Part shown: positions 26,638 to 39,926 of the stretch, piece after piece
Layout: the number at the start of each line of letters is the position of its first letter
Numbering within the stretch: position 1 is the stretch's first letter
Translations under genes and position numbers: made by a program
Notes under the pieces: model-generated
The model's database searches: none
Seen by the model: only the letters and a program-made list of their open reading frames with translations
What the model was told of the DNA's origin: nothing
Assembly: GCA_951406725.2 (NCBI GenBank)
Contig: OX597818.1
Span: forward strand, 131,130,001-131,194,000
Length of the DNA: 64,000 bases
Reading direction: 5' to 3'
Source of the DNA: Octopus vulgaris
Lineage: Eukaryota

Positions 26638-27996
26638 GTACTAGGAGACAAACACAACCATGCCTATGTTTATAGTACCTAACTTCTACTGAAAATTTGG
26701 GTATAAGAGTAAAAGAATAACTGAATATAAGTATATATATATATATATATATAACTGAGATTCAGTTGAATTAGATACTTAAGTTGAAGCACCAAGTCAG
26801 TGCGGAATTGTTTGTACTACTCAAAGTAAGGTGAATAAAATCAAATTACACATTTCCTCAAATCCTGAGAATATTTATCACCATACCCAACTATAAACTG
26901 TCAACCTACTCCGTTTATCCATTCTAAACAGACACTGTTCACTAACCTCAGATTTGGTAGTTGATAAAAAAGACTAATAAATTATAAATGAACTACAATC
27001 CTTTACAAGCTATGACCCTAACAAACTTCATACAGTTCTTAAAAGTGTAATACATTTTGAGCCACATTAGTAGCGACATGGACTTCTACTACGCTCTTCT
27101 TGCTCTATTAGAGAATTTAAGTAAAATTATATTAATGTGTCCAACTGATTAAAAAATTCTATTTATTTTCGCAGCTGAGGATAGCCCTGCATTTAAAGTG
27201 ATGTAATGATTGCATTGCTCAATTAATTGGAGAAGCTTGAAACGGTTGTACTGCCTCACCTCTTGATATCCTGTTACTTATTTTGATATATATGAATGCA
27301 CACATATGTATATATGTATCTATGTATGTATTTCTGTATGTATTACTCTCTATTGCATTACATTTCCATACATTTACTTCCAACTTTACATCACTTCTCA
27401 GCTTCTTTCACCTTTAATACTCTCCCTCACAAATGTACATTTTTCTGCAACACACTATCATGTAGTTGTGTATGTTTGCCTGTGTATGTGTGTTTGTGTA
27501 TGTGTGTTTGTATAGGTGTGTGTTACATCTACTATTATTTTAAGACTGAAAACTTACAACATCAGGACTAAAGCTGTTTTTCTCTTACTACATCTTCCTC
27601 TCCTCTCCTACCTCATTCATGTCATTATTTGCATTCCCTCTTTTGCTTTTGTGACTTATTTATTTATAACATAGAGCTATTTTGTTTTATCGTCATCACA
27701 CTGTAAAATAGCATTGGGAATGTAAACCTTATCTTTTAATCAATCCTTCTATCTGCATATCCATTCATCCATTCAACCATTCATACATTCATATAGACAA
27801 CCAACCAACCCCATTTTTTTGCTACCAACAAACAAGTGTCTTGCACATCCGTCAGATTCAGTTGAAATAGTGCAGGGGGAAAGTATAACTGACAACAACT
27901 TCCTTCTACTGTTTAAGAAACTTGATACCTTTTACAAATTAATTTACAAAACCTTTCAATTAAAATGACAGTTTTCAATTTCCAAATCTCTCTGTC

Positions 27997-28036
<40 letters not shown>

Positions 28037-28039
28037 AGC

Positions 28040-28142
<103 letters not shown>

Positions 28143-28684
28143 TATATATATATATGCATATATATATATATACATATATATGTCAATCTCTTTCAGTTTC
28201 ACTTTCTTGCTTCTCTTGCTACCTCTCTCCCTATCATTATACATTTAACTGCCTATATATACATATATATATATATATATAAATATAAATATATATAAAT
28301 AGTAACATAGATAGATAGAAAGAGAGGGGTGACCTATATAAATATATACATATATATATATATAGGTCTTTCTTTCCCTTTCTTTTTTTCTCTCTCTCTC
28401 TCTCTCTCTGTCTCTCGCTCTCTCTATTACGCTCAGTCTCTTCCAAAGAGATTTCTTCAGAAATGGGGATGCAAATTAATTTAGGAATCCGGTAAAATAC
28501 AAACAAGGTGGCAGAATGAATAAGCAAATTAAATCATCTCAAAGACAAAATTGTTCTCTTTCTATTTTTATTGTATCTTCTTCCTTTCTTTTGTTTTTAT
28601 TTTTTCCATTCTTTTTCCTTATGGATTATTTCTGTTTATGTGACTATTTTAACCTGTGTTTATAAAGAGAGAACTAGTAGTGTG

Positions 28685-28727
<43 letters not shown>

Positions 28728-28780
28728 ATATATATATATGTATATATATGTATGTATATATACATACATACATATGTATG

Positions 28781-28824
<44 letters not shown>

Positions 28825-28850
28825 CATACATATATATATATATGTGTATG

Positions 28851-28882
<32 letters not shown>

Positions 28883-29500
28883 CATACACATATATATATA
28901 TATATATACATACATATATATATATATACATATATATATATGTATGTATATACATACATATGTATATAAGTGTATATATAAGAGTGTTTGATATACATAG
29001 ACTCTTGAACGATCGATATTTCATGTTTCCTATTCAATTGCACTGTTTCTTGTCAGCTTTACATTCTTTATTCATTCAAACTGTTCTGTTTTGATTTTCC
29101 TTTTAATGACAGAATATTGTATTTATTTATTTATCTTATTTACATTGCATTGTATTATATTGTATTGTATTGTATTGTATTGTATTTATTTATTTATTTA
29201 TTTTGTTTCGTACATTCATTTCTTCCATTTAACAAGCTAACATCTGCTAGACAAGGTGCTGAAAGAACTTTACATAATAAATAGGTTAACAAAGTACACA
29301 AAGTCTTGACTTCTAAACCAGTGAATAATGTAAACCTGCCAGCATTTGCTGACAATGTTCAGTATTGTGCAAAAGTTTTGTCAATTCACAAAAGATTTTT
29401 CAAGAATGTGGTTCTAGTTTCTGATGAGAGATATACGACATCCTGAATAGTACACTAGTCTACAAGAAATAGCTTTCCTGGAATCACAGATGATGATGAT

Positions 29501-29877
29501 ATCATCATCATCATTGTTCGACTGTGGTCGAGACAATGGAATTTACCATGCTACGCCAGACTTCATGGTCCATCATGGCATTACGGAGGTCCTGTTGCTG
29601 GATGCCTGTATCCCTGGAGATTACATCAGGGTGGGAGAGTGTGCGCCCTCTGGTATTGTGAGTAGATGGCTTCCAGAGGAGAAGAGTAGAAATTACTTCT
29701 GTTTCAGCTCTACAACAATGTCCAGCAAACTGGACTCTCCTACCTTTCACAAGAGATGACACAGGTGGTAGTTTCCCATATATTTGCATTTTGGTTGGAT
29801 GGCGCTTCCACGAGAGATTTTGAGCTCTCATAAGGAGGCGAGTGTAGGTTCCATCCAACCGCCTCTCAAGCTTCTTG
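29501..29877 (-). pseudogene. RTE-clade LINE, 5'-truncated; C-terminal ORF fragment with (GAT)n tail
   Basis: RLDGTYTRLLMRAQNLSWKRHPTK..IYG..P.VSSLVKGRRVQFAGHCCRA..EVIS.LLLW.P...RGR...VW. Typical post-RT RTE C-terminus; the stop overlaps the (TGA)n tail. Confidence 0.85.
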
Positions 29878-30409
29878 AGTGTGTGCCCTCTGGTATTGTG
29901 AGTAGATGGACATTGTTGTAGAGCTGAAAAAGAGGTAATTTCTACCCTTCTCTTCTGGAAACCATCTACTCACAATACCAAAGATGATGATATGATGACC
30001 ACCAGCACCACCATTATCATCCTTTAATCATTATCCTCATTTTAATGTAGACTTTCTCCATGCTGGATTCGGTCAGACAAATGTATGTTGTGACAGAGTT
30101 TTCTATGTATGGATGTTGCTCCTGCCACCAACCTCCACCTGTTTCCAAGTGAGGGACTTTTGAGCACAGAAACAACTGGACATGTTCATGTGGAGAACTG
30201 GAAACAAACAACACTGCATGGAGAAGCCTTTTGTTTTGCAGAGAGAGAGCAACATGTTAGGTTAGTCAAGAAGCTTTTACACCGGACTGCAAGCAAATGT
30301 CCATCCCCTCCTCTCCCCATTAATGAAACTGTTGCTTATTAGAATCAGCATGTGATATATATATGTGTTGATGCAAACACATACGTACATATATACAGGC
30401 ACATGGGAA

Positions 30410-30790
30410 CCATGTGCTTCCCAACCACATGGTTCTGGGTTCAGTCCCACTGCATGGCACCTTGGGCAAGTATCATCTTCTATAGCCTCGGGTCGACCAA
30501 AGCCTTGTGAGTGAATTTGGTAGAGGGAAATTGAAGGAAGCCTGTTGTATACGTATGTATATATATCTGTGTGTGATTTTGCGTCTGTGTTTGTCCCCAC
30601 CACCACCACCACCATGTGACAACCAGTGCTGGTGTGTTTATGTTCTTGTAACTTTGTGGTTCAGCAAAAGCGACCGATAGAATAAGTATTAGGTTTACAA
30701 AGAATAAGTCCAGGGGTCAATTTCTTTGACTAAAACCCTTTAAGGTGGTGCTCCAGCATGACCACAGTCAAATGACTGAAATAGGTAAAA
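30410..30790 (+). mobile_element. SINE family B
   Basis: Family-B head, internal TA/TG run and tail. Confidence 0.85.
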
Positions 30791-31049
30791 GTATAGGAGA
30801 ATACATACATACATACATACATACATACATACATACATACAAACATACATACATACATACACAATCATGATATATGGGGCAATAGAAATTTGTATGACCT
30901 TAATATTTAAAGGATGGTAAGCAAAACAAGATGCTCTCCTTTACAACCTTGCTACCAAGCTGGTAGCCAGTCAAAATTTGTGTGTGTGTGTGTGTGTGTG
31001 TGCGTGTGTGTGTGTGTGTGAGAGAGAGAGATAGGGTTATAAAGTAATA

Positions 31050-32270
31050 ATGCATGCCATGAAAATCCTGCTGTCCAACAAAGGTTTGGCCTGTGTCAAA
31101 CAAAGTGACAGAGTAGGAACCTTCAATGTGGTTATAGGAATATCTGACAACACAGATATTTGCAACCTCATAGGATTATATACACTTCACACCTTAACAA
31201 AGAGGTTCCTGTCAGCCCATTTTGGTCTATATAGTGATGATGCTTTAGCCATCTCTGGGGACACAAACAGGTACACCTTAAATAAGCTGAGGAAGGACTT
31301 AATTCACACACTTAGCACCCTTGGTCTTAAAATCAAAGCTGTGCCCGATCTTATCATAGTTGACTTTTGTATGCTCCATTTGAGTACCTGTTCATACAGG
31401 CCTTACCACAAACCAAATAATAGGCTTTCATATAGTAATACAGCCTCCTGCCACCCACCTATTGCCTTTAAGAACCTGGTGAAGGGTGTCAGTTAGAAGA
31501 TTTGGAGCTTCTTCGGAAACACACCTCTCCAATATTAGGGCTAGTATTAGGATTAAGGTTAGGGTTGGGGCTACAGTTAGCGTTAAGGTTAGGGTTAGTG
31601 TCACCGTCATAAGGTCATTTGGTTTACTCCACCCTTCTCACTCAACATCAAAGCCAACATGGGAAGAATCATCCTTAGATTAGTGGACAAGCATTTCATG
31701 TAATCGCATAGATATCGATGCTTATTTAATAGACACAGCTTCAGCTCTGCACACAGTGTAAAAAAGGGATTTTAGTGAATGCAGAGGTAGGATGCTCGTG
31801 TAGAGTTAACAGTGAGTGTTCAATAGGTGGCTGATGCAACTCCAAGGTTGTGGTCTATTAGGTAGAGGTGGTGTCAATCAAAAACAGCAATAGTAACAAC
31901 GACGACAGCACCTGCAATATATCTGACAATAACAGCAGCAACTGTAATGATAGAACAGCAACAACAACAGAGGCACCAACACAAGAACACATAGACAGAA
32001 ATATGTTGGGTCAACTGTGGGCCCTTTTAAACTGTGACAAAATAGCCACAAGGACTCATTTAGAATCCCAGAAAGGCACAATGTTACATCTTTGGCTAAC
32101 TACATATGGCATTTAAATGAAGAGAGAATACCATACAGGATTGAATGGAAGCTCCTGGAACAGCCTGGATCATACCTGAAAAGAGGAACATGATGCAAAA
32201 TTTGATTGGTTGAGAAGGCAAGGATCCTAAAAAATGAACTTCACTTGGAGGCCTTTTAAAATTCAAAAGA
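31050..32270 (+). pseudogene. Decayed Penelope-like retroelement (RT, thumb and GIY-YIG remnants; Naiad/Chlamys-like)
   Basis: CNLIGLYTL...FGLYSDDALAI...LRKDL...GLKI...VDF...YRPYHKPNN...SCHPP (cf. GLYRDDGL, Y.PYRKPN, SNHPP). Then KVIWFTPPFSLNIKANMGRIILRLVDKHF at ~31611-31697 and endonuclease C-terminal remnants near 32050-32250. Confidence 0.85.
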
Positions 32271-32739
32271 TGAAGTGTTTAATTGGTGCCCTCACATGAT
32301 AAAATTCTTGTTAGAGACATGGGATTCACTGCTTGCTGACTAGTGAACACAAAACGTACATAAACTGATTCTTTCTGGACACAACTGGAACTATTCAAAG
32401 GGAGATATCTCCGTCTTCCTCTGCAGAAGCTTTTGCTTTGAAGAGAATCATGCCAGGGTTTCTTTTTTACCATCATGCTGACCAAGACTGCATTGCTACT
32501 GCAATTAGTAAAGAGGTTATGTACCTCTGAACAGCAGGTCTGATGTGTCACCTATAATGGTAAGAGCAATAATGGAAATGAAACCAATGGTAACTTTCTG
32601 ACCAGCCTGACTGATTTATATATATATATATATATATTTATAATAAGTAGTTGAATGAATTATCCTAGTATGGATAATTCGGTTAACCGATACCCGGGTA
32701 GCAAATTCACGTCAGACAAACATGATGCTGACATAAGTT

Positions 32740-32834
32740 CCTTGTCTTTCCTGATGAGAAGGCGGCATAATGCACCCCTTATTCCTTCGAAATTAGGAAT
32801 ATGCAGTCTTCGAAACATATGTCAAGAATAAAGG
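32740..32834 (+). ncRNA. Type I hammerhead ribozyme motif with extended stem II
   Basis: CTGATGA(32751)-GAAGGC...TATTCCT/AGGAATA...GTCTTC-GAAA-CATATG-TC(32823)-AAGAATAAAGG. Palindromic stem III ACATATGT, GUC triplet; stem I imperfect. Confidence 0.7.
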
Positions 32835-32923
32835 AATTTTGTTAAATCGTCGTTCAACTCCATTCTTTCTTTTATATATATTTTATATATATTTTAAATG
32901 ACGTGCATTCCGTCATTTAATAG

Positions 32924-33299
32924 ATTAATAAATAAATAAAACATATGCATATATACATACATATATGTACGTACCTACCTCTACATGTATATATACATGC
33001 ATATATGGGTACAGGACACCAAAAAATGTCGAACACAATGAGAAACGAAAACATAAACACAAAACCAAGGAAATGGACATTTTTCTTAAACAACGAATTT
33101 TCCTTGTGTTATTTGTCCTGTACTCTATTTTTTCGTTGTTTAAGAAAAATGTCCAGTTCCTTGGGTTTGTGTTTATGTTTTCGTTTCTCATTGTGTTCGG
33201 CGTTTTTTTTGTGTCCTGTACCCATATATGCATGTATATATACATGTAGAGGTAGGTACGTATATATATGTATGTATATATGCATATGTTTTATTTATT

Positions 33300-33306
<7 letters not shown>
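32924..33306. repeat. Long fold-back palindrome (~174-bp arms, ~34-nt loop)
   Basis: 32924-33097 is the near-perfect reverse complement of 33132-33306; followed by (TA)n. Confidence 0.95.
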
Positions 33307-33362
<56 letters not shown>

Positions 33363-33736
33363 TATTCAATAAATGAAGCAGAAGATGGATTTGGTATTAT
33401 TCTTTATTCAGTACAATGACCATTTCAACCCCCTTGCAACTGTCCTTCATGGGTGGTATGTTGTGCATCCAATTGTGTTGTATCGATCAGTGCAGTCAGG
33501 ATTACATCAGGTACATACATACAATACATACATAAAGTGGTGCCCCACTAAATATATTCAGTTCTCACAGTTGTGTTGATTTTTGCCTGTTGTATCTACG
33601 AATGGGGCTAGCTACAGCTGTCCCTACATTAAATAGTCATTACAAAATAATCATAACACACACACACACATCTATTGGCCAGTTGTTCATAAGTCTGAAA
33701 AAAAACACACACATGCATATATGCAATAATACAAAG

Positions 33737-34066
33737 ACCATCTTCGGTCATGAATGACCGTAGGATTGAGCCTAGTAAGTTACGCTCCGAGGCACAAGTC
33801 TAGGCAAGGTTGTTTATGGAAGTCCAGCAATTGCTCATGCATACCAACCCCTCCTATCCATGCCACCAATGTTATCCAAGAGATAGGCAAAGGACGATAT
33901 AGCTTGACACCAGTTACATCACGTCTCATTTCCATAGCTGAGTGAACTGGAGCAACATGAAATAAGGGGTTTTGCTCAAGAATACAATGCACCACCTGGT
34001 TCATGAATTGAAACAACAATTATACAATGATAAGAGCAACACCCAACCACTAAGTCATGTGCTTCT
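33737..34066 (-). mobile_element. Old tRNA-headed SINE (family F)
   Basis: Decayed A/B-box head at the right end and the block GAGTGAACTGGAGCAACATGAAATAAG...TTGCTCAAG, which also appears at ~39510-39630. Confidence 0.55.
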
Positions 34067-34241
34067 ACACACATATATCATATATACATATATATATAGT
34101 CCAACCCATGCTAGCATGGAAAACGGACGCTAAATGATGATATATAGTTGATCCAAACATGAAAGCACAAAAAAACACAACGTGAGGACGTGGAACAAAT
34201 ATAGTATTATTGGACGCTCAGAAAAGAAGGAAAGAAGGAGG

Positions 34242-34276
34242 GTTTAACGTTTCGAGCGGAGCTCTTCGTTGGAAAC
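34242..34276 (-). ncRNA. Degenerate minimal hammerhead motif in a TA-flanked element
   Basis: Minus strand GTTT-CCAACGA-A-GAGC tcc GCTC-GAAA-CGT-T-AAAC. Stems intact; two core substitutions. Confidence 0.45.
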
Positions 34277-34596
34277 ATAGGAGAAGGAAAGATCCAGAGA
34301 AGGGAGGACAGAAGAAAAAAAATCGCCAACGGTACACACGCGGTCAATATATATAATACAAATACTTAGTATAATATACACATACACATTCACACACACA
34401 CATACATCTCTATCTGACTATCTATCTATTTATTTATCTATCTGTGTGTATATATATATATATATATATATCATCATCATCATCATCATCATCCTCGCTT
34501 AGCATCCACTTTCCATGCTGGCATGGGTTGGACGGTTCAACTGGGGTCTAGGAAGCCAGAAGGCTGCACCAGGCCCAGTCTGATCTGGCAATATAT

Positions 34597-34639
<43 letters not shown>

Positions 34640-35116
34640 CACACACACACACACACAGACAGATAGATAAATAAAAAGATAGTCAGACAGAGATGTATCT
34701 GTGTATGTGAATGCATGCATACATACATACATACATACATACATAGATAGATACATACATACACACACACACACACATACATACATACATACATACACAC
34801 ATACATACATACATATATATATATATATGTATATATATCCACTCACACACACAGAGGCAGAACAGATCATGTGTGGGTGTGGAAGACAATAAAACATATT
34901 GAGATCATTAATATTTATAGGTGTTTTACTTATTCGCCAATACAATCAAATATATCATAAAGACAGAGCGAACTGCCACTGCATATGAACAATTGATACT
35001 CTTGATACTGATGTGAGCTGGCAGCTATATAATAAGTTTATTTCAATATAGATATATGCACATAAGCAGGATAGAGCTTTCTACATTTGTGTCAATGTAT
35101 TATGCGTATATGTGCA

Positions 35117-35119
<3 letters not shown>

Positions 35120-35168
<49 letters not shown>

Positions 35169-35207
35169 TATATTTATATATTTATATATGTATTTGTTTG
35201 TGTATAC

Positions 35208-35264
<57 letters not shown>

Positions 35265-35301
35265 GCGCACATAGATACACACATACACACACACACAACT
35301 C

Positions 35302-35346
<45 letters not shown>

Positions 35347-35390
35347 ATATATATATTTATATATTTATATATGTATTTGTTTGTGTATAC

Positions 35391-35443
<53 letters not shown>

Positions 35444-35480
35444 GTGCACATAGATACACACATACACACGCACACAACTC
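35120..35480. repeat. ~180-bp tandem duplication of a TA-rich unit
   Basis: TATTTATATATGTATTTGTTTGTGTATAC...GCACATAGATACACACATACAC...CAACTCT occurs twice. Confidence 0.85.
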
Positions 35481-35756
35481 TGTTTATATATATATATACA
35501 TGCAGCATATAAATAGATATGTTGTACACCACATATAAATATTTATATCTTTTATATTTTACTGGTTTTAGTCATTAGACATTGGCCATGATGGAGCACT
35601 GGTTGTCAAGCAATGGTAGGGGACAATATATGTGCACACACATACATATGTACATATGTTGAAGAGCATAGGCTCAAAATGTGAAAGACTTCTCCATTTT
35701 TCCTGAACATTAAAATAATACACCCACTTGTTATTTCATCTGTCAGTAAATGTGGG

Positions 35757-35802
<46 letters not shown>

Positions 35803-35804
<2 letters not shown>

Positions 35805-36207
35805 TCTTTACTCCTTTACTTGTTTCAGGCATTTGACTGCGGCCATGCTGGAGCACCACCTTTAGTCGACAAATCGACCCCAGGACACTTATTCTTTGAA
35901 AGCCTAGTACTTATTCAATCAGTTTCTTTTGCTAAACCGCTAAGTTACGGGGATGTAAACACACCAGCATCAGTTGTCAAACGATGTTGGGGGGACAAAC
36001 ACAGACACACAAACATATACATACACATATATATACATATATATGACGGGCTTCTTTCTGTTCCCATCTACCAAATCCACTCGCAGGGCTTTGGTCGGCC
36101 CGAGGCCATAGTAGAAGACACTTGCCCAAGGTGACATGCAGTGGGAATGAACTTGGAACCATGTGGTTGGTAAGCAAGCTACTTACCACACAGCCTCTCC
36201 TGCACCT
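35803..36207 (-). mobile_element. SINE family B, full length
   Basis: Complete reverse complement including the tail (CTCTTTTA) and head. Confidence 0.9.
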
Positions 36208-36244
36208 ACATGTATATATATATACATAATACATTGATGAACTT

Positions 36245-36635
36245 CTGTATGAGTAGAAATCTTGTATATAAATGTACCAAGCACACAAGAGGAAGGCCAT
36301 ATGTTTACATTGGGGCAGTGGCTGATTCATTCACGAATCATTATTGCGACTATGTTGCCAGCTTCAAGAAAATCAATAAGAGACATTCAACATCTTTGGC
36401 CAATTTTGTGTGGTGACTGAAAGATGATAAAATTAAATATAACGTAACTTGGTCTATAGTTAGGCATGCAAAACCTTATGATATCTTTTCCAAGAGATGC
36501 CAACTCTGCTCCAAGAACCCTTGTCTATTCTGTGGACCAATGAGAAGATCATTAATAGAATTTCTGAAAGATTCTCAGGATGCTTACATGCACAGAAATG
36601 CACTATCACACAATGCAATGAGAATAATTTTGAGT
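36245..36635 (+). pseudogene. GIY-YIG endonuclease fragment of a Penelope-like element
   Basis: CMSRNLVYKC...YVYIG...F..HY....SFK....HSTSLANFVW*LKD..IKYNVTWSIV..AKPY....RCQLC...INR.SE.FSGCLH matches the PLE EN pattern including the C-terminal CxxC...CxH. Confidence 0.85.
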
Positions 36636-36721
36636 AACTGTTAATGTAATCCACCTTAAGGTATGGATAAATTAAATTTGGCTTTAACTTCCCCATTCTT
36701 ATAAACACCAAGTAGCTACTT

Positions 36722-37239
36722 GTTTATTTTGTTCCTTCTCGAGCCATGCCTGGCTCATAAGGGCCGGTTTCCCAGTTTCTTGGCGTATAGGTTCCCCAAC
36801 TGGACGGGACGCCGGTCCGTCGCAGGTGAGCTGCAAGATGCGGGAGGAAAGAGTGAGAGAAAGCTGTGGAGAAAGAGTCAGCAGAAGTTTCGTCATTATT
36901 TTTTGCCGGAACTGCTTGGAGCTTAGGTGTTTCACTCATAAACACACACATTGTCCGGTCTGAGATTCGAACCCGTGATCTCTCGACCCCGAGTCTGATG
37001 CTCTAACCCAGTGCTTTTCAAACTTTTTACTGGAGCGGAACCCCAAGGAAACATTCCACTGGCTCTAGGAACCCCTGTGCAATAATTTAATAGTTTTATG
37101 CACACATATCTGCACAGGAAAATTAAAAATTACTGCCGATTTTAGCAGTTTTGTAACTTCTTGCGGAACCCCTGGACTGTACTTGCGGAACCCTGGTTGA
37201 AAACTACTGCTCTAACCACTAGGCCTTGTGCATCCACAT
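36722..37239 (-). mobile_element. tRNA-derived SINE family E with 10-bp TSD
   Basis: Head GTGGATGCACAAGGCCTAGTGGTTAGAG...GGTTCGAATC; TSD GTAGCTACTT at 36712-36721 and 37240-37249. Confidence 0.9.
37009..37209. mobile_element. hAT-type MITE inserted in the SINE head
   Basis: TIRs CAGTGCTTTTCAA / TTGAAAACTACTG, exact 8-bp TSD CTCTAACC (37001-37008, 37210-37217), internal GGAACCC repeats. Confidence 0.9.
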
Positions 37240-37986
37240 GTAGCTACTTAACTCGCTATGTGAATGCATGTGTGCTAAACCACACATATGTATGCTTACA
37301 TCAGCATGGCTGTTTGTATGAATGAAGATACATGCATCGTAAAGCTACGCAAGGGCATTTATACATCCATATCTGTCAATGGTTATACTAAATACTTTTT
37401 TCACGGTATTGCATGATGGTTTCTTTTTTGCATCTGTTATTTTAGTATTGATCTTCTAAATAAATGCGGCTATATCCTTTAATCAGTTTCTCTGATCCTC
37501 TTCTAGTAGAAGCTGATCAGAGAAACTGTAAACCAAATTCCTTTTTTTACTATTTGCATTTCTCCCTTGTTTTCAGTATGACTTGTCAACCACCACTAAA
37601 ATTAATGAACTTTGTACATTCGAACAAATTGATATACAGTTTTAATATTATTGACTGCTATAAACATTCGAACTTACACCTGTCCTCCTAATTTATAATG
37701 CTAAATTTATCTGTTTTGAACATGTTAATTTATCAACATTCAAACATTTTAGTTTGTCAACATTGAAACATTTTAATTTGTTAACATTGAAACTTTTAAA
37801 GATGTTTTTCTAATTAATAATTTTAAAATTTTACCATTGATAAACAAAAACTATTGTTGTAACTAATTTGGTATATATGTAAATAAATGTATTTTAAATA
37901 TTTACAAGTTTTTGAAATTTAGGTGCATTTTCAACTACACATTTTCCTATATTTTTTCCTGTGTGGAAACACCACCCCATCTTTTG

Positions 37987-38026
<40 letters not shown>

Positions 38027-39278
38027 TATGTAGAAAAATACAAACTGGAACAAGATCGTAAAACATTTAGAAGACGATACAAAAAACACGGACGGGACAT
38101 TCGAAGCCTTCAATCTTCAGTCAAGAACCGGATCATCCTCGCAATTTCGGCTGATTAATCTTGAGATTGCTCCGATCCGGCCAGCCCCAAGGAAAAACTA
38201 AGCTATGAGCATTAGATTTCTTGGAAAAAGGATCGAATGTATACGAAACAAGGACAGAAAAACGGACGATGCCACACGAATATAAATACAAAAAATAATA
38301 ATAGTAATAACAGGACAAAAACAGCAGGTGTCTTACGACTTTAAGGACAACAAACATTAAGGCATAGTAAACATCTCAAGCTGTATATATTATTACTATT
38401 GGAACAAATTCTAAGTCTTTAACAATTATATATCTGCTATATCTGCAATGGCTCTATAACTACCATCTTGACTATGACCCTGGAGCCCTAGCAATCCGTT
38501 ACAGAACGTACCTAGCGTACCTAATCATTTAGATCACCTGTGAACTAAACCTCCATATTTTGTATATATATATATATATATATATAGCAGAAGTGTGTAT
38601 GATTATGAATAAACCACAGTTATAATGGAGAAGGTTGCAAAAATCCTTACATGTCTAGAAATAGCAGTCGAAAGCACTATAAAGCCATTATAAACCCTCA
38701 TATTCTATCTCTTCTCAATAAATATATATATATTTATATACATAAAGGCAAATATATATATATATTTATATATATATATATATATATGTAAATGTATATG
38801 TATGTGTGTATAGATATATGCCTATATATACATATACACATATATACACATATTTATATATACACACACACACATATATATATAGAGAGAGAGAGAGAAA
38901 GAGAGAGATGCAAATACATATACACACATGCATATAAATACATGCATAAATACAAACGCACACACACACACACACACACACACATATTTGCTTGTTTTCT
39001 TCTGTTTTATTATATAATTATATAAAAGTATATAATACATCCTTATACATTCTTATACTGGAATGTCATGTGTACAGTATGTCTCTATGTTAATCAAGAT
39101 AAGAAATTCATACATAAATGGCTCAGGCAGCCAACCTAGTCTTTCTAAAGATACTCATCATATAAGCATATAATCCTTGTAATATAGACATTTAGAAAGA
39201 CATATAATACGTGTATCTACATACAATAAAAATATTTAAACATATACACTCACATGTACTTATATATATACATATATA

Positions 39279-39495
39279 TATAGGGTATGATGGGTAAATT
39301 GCTGCCATTTTATATTTTTTATGTCGTGCATGCATATACTTTGTTTTTGATTTTGTTGACTACACAGTATAGTAGGGTCAGTTGGGCACACCCAGAGAGT
39401 CTGGGTGTAAATCTGAGGATAGTGCAGAGGATTCGGAAAGAATTGAATGAGTCTAATGGTGATTATGAAGGTACAGCAGCTCAGAAAACTCACTC
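39279..39495 (+). mobile_element. Tc1/mariner-superfamily 5' relic
   Basis: TA-TAGGG start and HTH-like peptide SLGVNLRIVQRIRKELNESNGDYEG. Confidence 0.5.
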
Positions 39496-39661
39496 ATTTT
39501 TGCCAGTTGAGTGGACAGGAGAACAGGAACAATGTAAAATGAAGTGTGTCTTTCAAGAACACAGTGCATTGCCCAATCACGGAAATGTCCCCATAACTTT
39601 TATGATCATGAGTGCGACACTCTAACCACTAAGCCACTTATATGCCTCCACATATATATTC

Positions 39662-39702
<41 letters not shown>

Positions 39703-39893
39703 CATACATACATGGTTGGTGATTTTCTTTCTCCATCTTCTCTTCTATTGGACTTTCCCCTGTTTCCAAAGAAGAGCATATGCTCAAAACATTAAACCAT
39801 CTTTCTTTCCTTCCCTGAGTGTCTGCTAAATACTTTGCATGTCCTCGTATTGTTGTGTATTTTGTTTGTTCTTCTTTTTGGGATATACATACG

Positions 39894-39926
<33 letters not shown>

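Noticed and set aside
29420-29470. Hammerhead (CTGATGAGAGAT...ATCCTGAATAG)
   Set aside because: GAAA and stem III disrupted.
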